DNA from: Squalus acanthias
Lineage: Eukaryota
Length of the DNA stretch: 64,000 bases
Direction of reading: 5' to 3'
NCBI GenBank assembly: GCA_030390025.1
Contig: CM059449.1
Span: 15,748,001 to 15,812,000, forward strand
Below are positions 1-12,100 of the stretch, in pieces; positions within the stretch are counted from its first letter, which is position 1, and the number at the start of each line of letters is the position of its first letter. The notes below the pieces were generated by a model. It had not been told where the DNA came from and made no database searches. It saw only the letters and a list, made by a program, of their open reading frames with translations. The position numbers were made by a program, and so were the translations under genes.

Positions 1-210
1 ATTTCCTTCCCTGAATTAGTGAACCAGGTGTTTTTTTAACGACAATCCGATAGTTTCATGCTCACCATTACTGATACCAGCTTTTTATTCCAGATTTATT
101 TAATTAACTGAATTTAAATTCCCCAGTTGCCGCTATGGGATTTGAACTCAAGTCTCTGGATCATTAGTCCAGGCCTACTGGATTACTAGTCTAGTGACAT
201 TACCACTACG
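1..210 (-). mobile_element. tRNA-derived SINE (family A), 5' part
   Basis: A/B-box-like head (reverse complement gtggtaatgtcact...gagttcaaatccc). Same family as 2722-3165. Confidence 0.75.
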
Positions 211-1399
211 CTTATCGGCTCAAGAACATGGACCGGGAGATCTGACTGCAACCTAATTTTATTCTTCTCACATTTTACATGCATTCACTTAGTTCCAAGT
301 CGTTTTCCTACCTATCCTTATATAAATGATGACAAATCTTCCAGCCCATACATATTTTAATCGATTTGTTCCATCCAGTGTTAATCCCGCTCTATATTGT
401 TAAAGAAAAATATGGTGTGCTAAATTTGGGCATACTTCTGCTACGGGCCCTGGCGATGCTTAGGTGTGCCGAGCTTTGAGACGTCCTGCCAAGTAATCAT
501 TTCTCGGGGAGCTGGTTCTGCCGATCGTCTACCGTGACTTCGCTGGAAGTTCGGCAGAACACCGCTTTATCTATTCCGCGCTTCTTCTGAGTTCCGCCTA
601 TCTTCCGCTCACGTTACCAGAGGAGAGCGGGAGAACCCCGCAGAAGTCGTTTCGCCCGCCCCCTTTGAGTTTAACATAAAACATTAATTTTAATAAAAGT
701 TACAACGGAAAATCAACAGAACAACCGGACATGATTCAACTGAGAAGAACTTTTATTCCGAAAATGTCAAATACTTTACAGGATTATGATGAAATGTAAG
801 GAGTTATGTGATGAAACTAGGCTGAGTGAACAGCAACGAGTATGAACGCTCAACATGTTGGTTTTCATTTTAACAGCGGCATGAACCTGTTTATTTTCTA
901 GGATAACACGCTCCTAAACATAGGGGACTGATACATGTCATACAAATGTGATAAATGTTCACAACTAACACTAAAGATTCTAATGTTAAAGCATTGGAGA
1001 TTCCAAGACCTTGTTACTGAATTATGTGAGGATAAACCTCACTCACTAAGTTAGAGGACAAAACATTCGCCTGGAAATTCCCATGGAGGGTTCTCTGATC
1101 ATCCGCCGTTGAAGATCCAACAGAACCCCCGAGCATCCGCCCAAGTTACGGCGGGAGATCGGGACAACTCTGCGGAAATTCCACCACTTGTCCATCGGGG
1201 GAGCGGGGGGGGGGGCGCGTCTCATCATTGGGGTGGAATATATCGGCTCCGCTTACTTCACCGAAGCGTACAACACCGCTTCTCGCTTCACACAGCGCTC
1301 AGTTTGATTGCTGTCCTGAATATTCAGCGTGACGTATTGGAACTTCTCATCTCCCTCTCTCTATTGAGATGAAAGGGTTTCAGTATTGAATAAAATATT

Positions 1400-2138
1400 G
1401 GCCCAGAAATTGATCTCGCTCTGTTCCCGCGGGGGTAAGGCTTTCCCGCGATCTCTCACCTCGCTTGTGCTTTTTCAGATCCAGCTCGCACGAACTTCAT
1501 GTTCTAGAGATCAGCTGGGCAGTGCTTGCGTATCCCAGCGGCGTAGTGAATTCGTGCGAGCTGTGGGATCACGTGACTCAGTTAGAGCCAATGGCAGCAC
1601 ACCATCTCCATTCATAAGTTTCACAGCAGGGCAGTGAAATCTATGAATCTTACACCCCCCCAAAATAACAGCTAAACCTCAATTAAATTTTAAAAAAAAC
1701 CATCACATTAATAAAATAAGTATAGTTAATTAAATTAACCATTTTAAATAAAAAATTAAATTTTTGAAAAAATTTAAAATCTTTTAAAAAGTTATAAAAA
1801 TAAACTTACCTGTCTTTAAAGTCTCTAAAAAAGATATACCTGTTAAAAAAAATTCAAAAAAATACTTAATTCACTACTTACCTTCTTAAAAGTGGGTCTT
1901 ACTCCTTTTTACATTTCCAAAATCTTCCGTACTTACCTGCGCGTCCAAAGCATGAAGTGCACAGCGTGCGCGCAGCCTGTAGCGCGCACGCGATGCACCG
2001 AGGACCCGCCCCCTTTTCAGAAGAGCAATTGCCGGTTTTCAGCGCATGCGCAGGGCATGCAGAAAACCGGCAATTGGAGTGGGAATACGCGAGAGTACGC
2101 AGTGCGTACTCTCGCGTCCCGGGATCAATTTTCGGCCC
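1400..2138. mobile_element. Non-autonomous TIR element (Harbinger/PIF-like MITE) with 3-bp TSD ATT
   Basis: TIRs ggcccagaaattgatc / gatcaattttcggccc. The empty site in the duplicate (~27640) reads taaaat-ATT-gtaaact. Confidence 0.8.
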
Positions 2139-2721
2139 ATTGTAAACTGATTATAGCGTAGGGCCTCAAACCCAGCGCACCAGATGTTGTGCAGTTTCAA
2201 TGGAATATTATTCAACCAAGTAAACATTCTACATATAATTAGAATATGACTCCACCTATCAAATATTGTTTCGTTAAATAGGATATATCGCGCCATCCTA
2301 TATATTCCTGTCCTTTTGTATATATTTCAGCGAGTCAACGATTGCACGATTTAAGTAACAAGCAAGGGAAATAGTCGATCTAATTCACACATCATTATAA
2401 AAATAAAACCATGCATTTAGAACAATTCACACATAATGAATTCAGGAACAATGAGTCAGTCAGCATCTGGGTAAGTCAGATTAACATTTGGGAATAGCTG
2501 TTCAGGAGCACTTTCCGTTCGAAGGCAAAGTGCCAACCCACGGTTACCCTGTGTTTTCACTTCCAGGTGCTGACTGACCTACTTTGCATATCCAGCATTT
2601 TCTGTTACAGCTTCAGATTTCCTCCGTTTCTCGACTTGTCAAAGTAGGTGTATTTTTGCATGTGTATGCCTGGGTGTTCCTATTTTGGGGTCTCTTTTAA
2701 TGTTCCTGTCTGTATCTCGTG

Positions 2722-3165
2722 CTTTTTTTATTCGTTCATGGGATGTGGGCGTCGCTGGCAAGGCCGGCATTTATTGCCCATCCCTAGTTGCCCTTGAGAA
2801 GGTGGTGGTGAGCGGCCTTCTTGACCCGCTACAGTCAACGTACTCCCACATTGTTTTTCGTAGCGGCTTTATACAACTGAGTGGCCATTTTAGAGGACAG
2901 TTAAGAGTCAACCACATTGATGTGGGTCTGGAGTCAAATGTAGGTCAGACCAGGTAAGGACTGCAGATTTCCTTCCCTAAGGGATAGAAGTGAACAAGAT
3001 GGTTTTTTACGCAATCTGATAGTTTCATGTCACCATTACTGATACTAGCTAATTATTCCAGATTTATTGAATTAAATTTAAATTCCCCAGTTGCTGTAAT
3101 GGGGTTGGAACTCACGTCGCCGGAGCATTAGTCCAGGTCTGATGGATTACTACTCCAGTAACATA
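2722..3165 (-). mobile_element. tRNA-derived SINE (family A), full length; duplicate at 26500-26950 (+)
   Basis: tRNA-like head and 3' tail ...gggatgggcaataaatgccggccttgccagcgacgcccacatcccatgaa(A)n. The same tail occurs at ~7690-7800, 11797-11885 and 41590-41695. Confidence 0.75.
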
Positions 3166-3168
3166 AAT

Positions 3169-3928
3169 GGGCTTGAAATGCGGGTCGGAGGCTTCCCGCG
3201 GGTGCAAGCCCCCAACCTGCACTTACCTAGCACGCCTGCCATTGTGCTGTGGGCCCGCGTGGGATTCCGATCCTGGGCCTCCTCCAGCTGCCGTGCGCAG
3301 TGCTTGCGTATCCCAGGGGCGCAGTTAGTTCGAAGCGTCCCCTGGGATCACGTGGGCCATGGAGAGCCAATCTTAACAGGGAATCTCCATTCATAGATTT
3401 GACAGGACGGCCTGTCAAATCTATGAATAGAGATCGGCCCCAAAACCTAACTAAAACTTCAAATAATTATTTTTTTAATCACATTTTTAAAATAACTATA
3501 AATTACATAAATTAACTACTTTAAACAAAAAATTAAATTTCTGCAAACATTAATTTCAGTTTTAACGGGGCTAAAAATAAACTTACCTTTCTTTAAAGTA
3601 TTTAAAAAAGATAAACCTGTGGAAAAAATGTTTAAATTTTATTTAATTCACCACTTACCTTGTTAAAAGCAGGCCTTGCGCCTGCTTTTTCCCCGCGCAG
3701 CTGCTGGGGACTTACCCTCACAGAGAAACCTGAAAAAAAAACGGAAGTCCGATGCGTGCGCGCTGCCTCTCCGGCGCACGCATTTGACTTCCGAACCCCT
3801 TCCTTCAAGGGAACGGAAGTTCCGGTTTCCAGCCCATGCGCAGTGCATGCGCGAAACCGGCACTTTCGTTGGGTCGACCGGTGAGTACACAGCGCGTGCT
3901 CACCCGTGGAGACCCGAATTTCTGGCCC
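3169..3928. mobile_element. Related Harbinger-like MITE
   Basis: TIRs gggcttgaaatgcgggtc / gacccgaatttctggccc, shared internal motif ctgggatcacgt...agagccaat, AT-rich core. Absent from the duplicate copy. Confidence 0.75.
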
Positions 3929-4454
3929 GTTTGCTACCCTTCCCTATATATGTTTGTGCATGCACCTGCTTATTTGTGTGTGGCTATATATATTTGCGAG
4001 TGTCTGTGAGAGTGTGTCTTTCTGTGTGTGCAGGTGTATGAATTCTGGAACTGTTAGGTTTCATTTCATGCCTTTCCTGGTTGGCTTTCTGTTGAATTAT
4101 AACTAATATTTTAGTCCCCAGCTCTATTCAAATTCGATTTTCAACTTGCCGCGTCTGTGCGTAAAACTGGCGTTTGGGATGGGCCGCACCTATGCTTTAC
4201 GCCTGTGTGGCAAGTTGAGAATCTACCCCACATCTTCAAGAAGAATAGTTGAGGCCGTCCAACCTCGTTTCTTCTTTAGATTTTTACATCCAACTGAGAG
4301 AACTTTTTACATGATAATCTACCTGGAAAATTAAACAAGAGGTCAGTAGGTTTAAAAATAACAAAAATAGCCCAAGTCATTGCGATACATATCCGATTTG
4401 TTCTTCTGCACTCAGAGCTGTCATAATTCCTCTCTATGAAGCATAGAAAAAGGA

Positions 4455-4875
4455 AAAAGAAAGACTTGCATTTATATAGCGCATTTCACCACCTCAGGAC
4501 GTCCCAAAGCGCTTCACAGGCAATCAAGTACTTTTTGAAATGTAGTCGCTGTTGTAATGTAGGAAACGCGGCAGCTAAGTTGCGCACAGCAAGCTCCCAC
4601 AATCAGCAATCTGACAATGGCCAGATAATCTGTTTCAGTGATGTTGAATGAGAGATAAGCATTGGCCGGAACAGCGGGGAGAACTCCCCTGCTCTTCTTC
4701 AAAATAGAGCAAAGTGATCTTTTACGTCCAGCTGAGAGAGCAGGCGGGGCCTCGGTCTATTGTCTCATCTAAAAGATGGCATCGCTGACAGTGCAACGCT
4801 CCTTCAGTACTGCACTGGGAGTGTCAGCCTAGATTTTTGTGCTCAAGTCTCTGGAGTGGGACTTGAAACCAAAAA
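4455..4875 (-). mobile_element. Deu-domain SINE (SacSINE1/AmnSINE1-like)
   Basis: Deu core (gtaaaagatc...gaagaagagcaggggagttctcccc) and L2-like tail gcgctatataaatgcaag. Confidence 0.8.
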
Positions 4876-5476
4876 CCTTCAATGACCCTGCATAATTTAA
4901 TTTATTGAACAGTGTATACAATACAGTACAACATATTGTGCCATAGATATAGTGCTGTAATGCTCTGTGGTATAATACTACAGGATACAACATAACATGG
5001 TAAAAAACAGGAGAACGTAATGAAATAAAGTATACAGTAGGATGCACCGTATTGCACAACAATATAAAGATGCAATTAGTATGGTCCAACATATAATACG
5101 CTACCACGCATATATAAAACAGCCTAAGGATTTCTGTGCGATATAAGCGGTGTTCATATCAGATTCCTAGGCCCACTATTTTAACTGTTTACTTTAAACT
5201 AATGGGAAAAGCAATTTGATATGAGCGCAACAAGCACTCGTTCGAGAATAGGCTAATACCCAGGCTAATCTACTATAATATATGATATATAATACAGCAT
5301 AACATTGAAACGTACTTTTAAATATCATGTAATAATTCATCACGAAAAAAATCAGCGTGTGGTAAGAAAATCTTTTAAATTATATTAGCCATAAACCTTA
5401 ACACTTCAAATTGACTTTGTGGCTAAGAGGTCTAACATGTTTCACTCAATAGCCGTTCTGGAAGAAAGAGTTATTG

Positions 5477-5775
5477 AATCATAGAGTCATACAGCACAGA
5501 AGGAGGTCATTCGACCCAATCTGCATGTGCCGGCTCTCTGAAAGGGCTACTAATTAGTCCCACTCCCCCCTGCTCTTTCCCCATATCCCTGAAATATTTC
5601 CCTTTTTAAGTATTTATCCAATTCCCTTTTGAAAGTTATTACTGAATGTGCTTCCACGGCCCTTTCAGGCAGTGTATTCCAGATCACAACAACTCACTGA
5701 GTAAATAAAAATTCTCCTCATCTCCCCTTGGCGTTTCTTTGCCAGTATCTTAAATCTGTGTCCACTGGTTACCGA
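5477..5775 (-). mobile_element. CR1 LINE 3' fragment
   Basis: CR1 3' UTR and tail with C-terminal ORF2 remnant. Confidence 0.8.
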
Positions 5776-5931
5776 CAGAATAATCAGACAGACCAATACT
5801 GAACTCTTGGTCAACGGATTATTCCTGGTAGATAAGAAAATTAACCAGATTATCAATTAAAATCAAATTAAATCGAAGGAGTAAGCGTTCGGAGTTTATT
5901 AAAAGTGACAGGTTGCTCACGTTTCTTTCTG

Positions 5932-6104
5932 TCACCCGCCTGTTTCATGGATCTCTGAGTAGAGCGGATCTGGACTGAAGCAAAAGAGGACATCAGAAAA
6001 TTTAGTCATCCAAAAGAATAAAATACATTAAAGAAAAGGAAACTGGCTTTTTTTTAAAAAGTAGATCAATGTAAACAGTTACCTGGTGGGTTGCTGAAGA
6101 GCGA
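5932..6104 (-). CDS. Two cytoplasmic-tail exons (6104-6083 and 5974-5932)
   Basis: 22-nt exon between ctcctcacag| and AG|GTAACT, then acceptor ttttgcttcag|. In frame they read VALQQPTSPDPLYSEIHETGG*. Confidence 0.72.
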
Positions 6105-9100
6105 CTGTGAGGAGCGAAAGACAAAGACAGAAAAATTAAAGAGCTGAAGTTATTGATTATATCTGCAAGAAGCAACTAAATTATTGCTATCGAATGAATT
6201 GAATCACATTTTGGGGGCAATTTTAACCAAACCCGCGGAGAAACGGACGGGATCGGGGGCAACGTTTTGAAGTCAAATGAGAGCAATATTGGACGGCTCT
6301 AAACCCGGCGTTCCACCCGATCCCCTGCGTTTCCCGCCCGGTGAATTAGGATAAAATTACCAGAGAATTTGCCAACCACATGGAATTCAGTAGAGGTACA
6401 ATTAATGCTGTTACCTCTCTTACGACGCTGGGTGATAACAACTATGACTATGATGATGATGATGATCAGGAGAGGCACCGCTACCGCTGCATAGACCAGT
6501 GGTGGGATCATTGGTGCGGAATCGCCGTGGCTGCACTCTCCACCACCTGTGTGTAAAGGTAAAGTTTCTTTTGTGAGACAGAGCAGTCAAGAGCAGGGCA
6601 ATGGTCACATTGAGATTGAGGATCAGCAAATGTGACACAGATTCCCAATCCCCTTTGACATGCGGGGCTATTTCACACTGGCATACATCAAACTAGGCCG
6701 CGGATCAAAACGCAAAATGTCACCAGTGGACAACTGGAGATATTCCCACCCTGGAAGTAACACTGGGGGAATTTTAATGTGGGGACGCTTAATGGGTTGG
6801 TGCCAGTTTCCTTTCTTTTAACTAGCGGGGGGTGGGGGTGGGGGTCGTGTGAGTCTGTTGACATAGATACATAGGAACAAGAGGAAGCCATTCAGCCCCT
6901 GCAGCCTGTTCCACCATTCAATGAGATCATGGCTGATCTGCGACCTAACTCCATATAACCGCCCTAATACCTTTGGTTAACAAAAATCTATCAATCTCCG
7001 GTTTAAAAGTCACAATTAATCTAGCATCAGTTGTCGTTTGAGGAAGAGTGTTCCAAACTTCTACCACCCTTTGTGTGTGTAGAAGTGTTTCCTAATTTCA
7101 CTCCTGAAAGGTCTGGCTCTAATTTCTACACCATGCCCCCTTAGTCCTAAACTCCCCAACCAGCGGAAATAATTTCTCTCTATCTATCATCTCTGTTCCC
7201 CTTAATATCTCGATAGTGTCGCTCCTCCCGCCCAGTGTACTTGAATTCACTAGACCCTGGAGATCCAATAGATCTTCAGCACGAACGGGAAAATCTTCCC
7301 CTCATATTTACTGGATGCTTAAGACAAAACCAACATCTGGAAATTAGACGTGCCGACACTGAGTGATCAACGTGGTTGTTCCGCGGACCCATCTGTGCAT
7401 TTTGTTGGCGATCAATGCTGTAATTTCCATTTACACACACTACTATATCCGTTACTGCCTCCACTTACAGAATGACAGTGAAATCTAACTTATCTTACAT
7501 GTGTTGTCCAGTTTATTCCCAATATTGGCACGCGGTGATTTCAAGGCTCACGTTTTGCTCGCATTACGGGGCTCCAGTCTTCGCCTCGCACGCTGTAACT
7601 GGGTTGACTACTTATCTATAGTCCTACCTAAAATTGTATACAGCAACTGAATGTCATTAATATCTCCTCCATTTATTTATTTTACAAGGTCATTCTCGGG
7701 ATCCGGGCGACGCTGGCCAGGCGAGCATGTTATTGTCCATCTCTGGTTGACCCCTTGAGAAGGTGGTGGTGGGCCGCCTTCTTCTTGAACCGCTGCAGTC
7801 CAGTGTGGTGAAGGTTCTCCCGCAGTGCTGTTAGGGAGGGAGTTCCAGGATTTTGGTCGGAACAGCGATACAAGTCCAAGTCAGGCTGGTGTGCGACTAG
7901 ACGGGGAAGTTGGAGGTGGCGGTGTTCCCATGCGCCTGCTGCCCTTGACCTATCTATTGGAGAATTTCCCTAAACGGCCAATATTACCCCTTAGAAAAAT
8001 CCCATATGATTGCGTGCAATTTCATTGATAAGAATATCTCTACCTATCCAAACTGACTGTGTTGACGCCGTTCCACGGTCACTCTAGTCCCGGGTCCCTC
8101 TGCTACAACGAATCCCACGAGCTGCACTTTGCAGAAATAGAACCCGGTATCTTCCGGTTTCAGCTGGGTTATTCTATTGGACGCGTTTCCCCACTGGCTG
8201 AAATCCTCTTCTCTTGCCCCGAACACCCTGCCTCTGTATTCCGCTGTATTGTTGGAAACTTCATTTCCCTGCTTGGTGCCTCGGTGCCACGTGTAGCTGC
8301 CGATTCCTGTGGGAACCTCATATCTACAGAGCAGGTTCGCTGTCTGTCCCGCGGTTTTGGTGAGAGATTGCGGGCTCTGAATTACGGTGATGTTTCCAAC
8401 AGCAACTGCTGCAAGTGTGTAAAACAGACCATTTATAAATTTACAGGGCACTTCTTTGCTTTAAAGCACGCCGTGGAAGGGCTGGTTTGAAGCAAATATT
8501 ATTTCGGAGGATTTTTGATAAGGTATTCCTGATCTTTAACTTGAGGGAATAAAAACAGAAAATACTGGAAACGCTCAGCAGGCCAGGCAGCATCTGTGGA
8601 GAAAGGAACAGAGTCAACGTTTCAGGTCGACGACTTTTCGTCAGAATTGGAAAAAGTTGGAGATGTAACAGGTCTTCAGCAAGTGTCGGGGCAGGGAAAA
8701 GGGGGAAGGGGAGGAAAGAACAAAAGGGAAGGTCTGTGATAGAGTGGAAGGCAGGAGTGATTAAATGACAAAAGTGATGATGGTACAAGTAAAAAGGAGA
8801 TGGTAATGGGATAAGTAAAGAAACAAAAGATGGGTCTACAAGAGGTTTAAATGATTAACTTGAGGGATATTGGTGCTGGGGCAGGAGCGCCTTTGGTTTT
8901 TGGGCGCACTCCTAGGTCAAGTATAGAATGGATCTCGTACAAAGTACCTCTGTCCCGTTCCAAATAATAAGCATTCACTTTAATTTCAGTTTTCCCGATA
9001 TGCTTTCTGTGCTGCCCGCCCGTCTCATTAACACTTTGAGCGAGGGTGTGAAATGGGCAATCTCGAATTAAACGCCTTGCCCGATGTTCGCTTCCATTTG

Positions 9101-12100
9101 GGGGTCATTTTAACTTTGGTTGCTAAATGGGCGAGATCGGGTCGGCTGCCTGAAATTAAAATCGGGACAGGTGTACAACGGGCGGCTGAGCCGATGTCGC
9201 CCTTTTCAGTCGGTCGCACAAATTCAAAATCACCTCCAGGAAGTGAGGAGAAGTTTAATCTTATTAATCTTATCAGATAGGAGCTAAACCCCAGCGACCT
9301 TCTCTCTATTAATCAGCGGTGACTGGACAATATGCAAAATTCAAAGATATTATTAATGATCAAAATAATGAAACGGGATAAATGTTACATGTCGCGACAT
9401 TACAAATTGGATGAATGCTTTCCCACTTTGGGTGTACCTCGTAAAACCGCCAATACCTCTTTACAAATAGTTTATGATTTTGCTACAACAACGGATCAGA
9501 GAAAGGAGTCAATGCATTTGTGACCACGTTCCGCGCGGCAATCAGCGCAACTCTTGCCCTGTGCTGATAACTAGAGAAAGGTTGTATCCAGTTAAACTAC
9601 TAGAAATAATATGAATTGAACAAAAAAAAAGTCATGCCCCCTGGAAACGGGTGTTTATATGAACACAGCCAGCACTGCAAATATTCACTCCAGGACTGCT
9701 GTGGATAGAGAATATTAGCATTTTTGGTAGATGTAATATCATAGAATCATAGAATAGTACAGCAGAGAAGGAGGCCATTCAGCCCATCGAGTCTGCGCCA
9801 GCTGTTTCGAAGAGCAATCCAGTTAGTCCCACTCCCCCTTCTCTTTCCCCATATCCCCGAAATATTAATATTTTTCTCCTTAAAGTATTTGTCCAAATCC
9901 CTTTTGAAGGCAACTATTCAATCTGTATTCACCACCCTATCAGGCAGAGTACTAGGGCAATCTGTACTTCAGGGAGCAACATACATTGTGCTCTCCTGGA
10001 CCAGATACAGTGGACCAGATACAGTAAACCTCGTTACCCGAGAGCTGATCCGTCTCTCACGTTTAGCTCTCTCTATCTCTCTCTGTCTTCCTCAGTCTCT
10101 CTTTCTCTCTCACACACACACGCACGATTGGAACCCATTTCTCTATCTCTCTCTCTCTTTTCCTATTCCTATCCATCACTTCTTGATTTAACTCGTCTAC
10201 CCTCCCACTATTTCCAACCTTGATGCTGTCCTATGCCATGGGCCATGGGCTCTTCACTTAAATGCCCCAATTCAAAATAAGCAACCTGGAAAGCGTTAGC
10301 TTCTCTGTGGCGAGCCCTGGTTAACTGCGAGATTGATTATATTACCAGGGCATTAATCATTACCACGGCGCTGAGATATTAAGATGGTTAATCTCGCGTC
10401 TATGAGAACGTCCGCACAGACCAGATGTTTTGATGATTTGCAGGCGAGCTGGTCATGAATATAAAATTGGTTAAATCCACAATCTGGTGCTGTGATCAGC
10501 AAATATGGGATATCGGAATAAGATTTAACCAGATACACATATAAGTAAGAAAAAACATAGATGGGAGGACATCGCTATGGGTATTTAATATCTAATTAAG
10601 TCATAGAATATTTCATTAAAGTCAGTATGAAATAATGGTCATCAATGACAACCGTGGGAACAGTTTCTCTCTATCTACTCTGTCCAGACCCCTCATGATT
10701 TTGAACACCTCTATCAAATCTCCTCTCAACCTTCTCTGCTCTAAGGAGAACAACCCCAGCTTCTCCAGTCTATCCACGTAACTGAAGTTCCTTATCCCCG
10801 AACCATTCTCGTAAATATTTTCTGCACCCACTCTAAGGCCTTCACATCCTTCCTAAAGTGCAGTGCCCAGAATTGGGCAAAGTACTCCGGTTGAGGCCGA
10901 CGCAGAGTTTTATAAAGTTTCATCATAACATGCCTTGCTTTTGTAATGTATGCCTCTATTTATAAACCCCAGGATCCCATATGCTTTATATACCGCTTTC
11001 CCAATCTTGAATGATTTGTGCACATATACCCCCAGGTCTCATTGTTAATGCACCCACTTTAGGATTGCACCCTTCAGTTTATTTTGCCTCTCCTTGTTCT
11101 TCCTACCAAAATGTATCAATTCGCACTTTCCTGCGTGAAATTTAATATGCCACGAGGGGTGAAGCTCAAATTAAAGTATCTTTCTCTATCATGAAATGAT
11201 GTTACTGGGTGTCCATTTTTGTTAGAATAAATTCGGATCAATGTATCCGTACATGAAATACCGCAACCTGTCAATTAACGTTGTACAATTATTATGAATT
11301 GAGCCCAGATTGATCGCTCACTGTGGGGAAGGATCTCATTTCCAAGGGTCACACTTTAGACGTTAACTAGTTAACAGTAAGAAGGGAAGTCAGGCGGAAA
11401 CTGTTCGCCTATAGAGTAAGAGATTTGTGGAACAAGTTACTGGAGACGGCCGTGGGAGTGGGCAGTACAAATAGATTCAAGATACAACATGTGTGTTTCT
11501 GGAAAAAAAGAAGCCTCGATCTGTCAAACAGGGGCAGGTTTTTTTGGACATAATGATCTCTTGTGTCCCACAATTTTCAAGCTGCTATGAAGAATTTAAA
11601 ATGCTGATTGATCCATCAATCATTGAGCTACAAACCGGTATTCAGCTGTCATTACATTGGGTCCTTTTCCCGTTTCTCAACGGAACTTTGGGAAATTGCA
11701 GTCCATAATCAGATTGAACAGCTGTATACATTCGAAACCTTTATGGTGCCAAAATTAGAGGCAATTGTCACTTTATAAAGGCGGATCTGTTGTAGAAGGC
11801 GGCTCACCAACACCTTCTCAATGGTAACTAGGGATGGGCAATAAATGCTGGGAGACGCCCACATCCCAGGAACGAATAAAAAATATAGAAGGCATGTTTC
11901 CTTTTATATGGTGCGGGGATCCAACCGTACAGTACTCTGGTAAGATGGCATCTTGAGTATTGTGTTTATTTCTGGTCAGTCAGGCTCAAGGGAGACATGC
12001 AAGTCCCGGCGTTGGCGTGAACGCTAGCCTGTTCCCTCGTGTTCTAGTGCTAGGTTCTGAGAGAAACAAAAGACTAGAAAAGCTCGGATTCATTAGCTTT

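Larger units (their letters stand above)
435..4420. repeat. Inverted segmental duplication, block A copy 1 (matches ~28920-26012 on the opposite strand)
   Basis: Near-identical ORF translations on opposite strands (1109+/27944-, 2296-/27484+, 4146+/26286-) and direct nucleotide alignment. Confidence 0.92.

Noticed and set aside
1109-1372. ORFs repeated at 27705-27944 (also 2039/27484 and 4146/26098) that look like conserved paralogous genes
   Set aside because: The similarity is explained by the recent inverted duplication. Frames are broken by indels and no protein family is recognisable.
4900-5320. Periodic TACAA/ATA-rich tract
   Set aside because: Decayed simple repeat with no spacer-repeat or coding structure.
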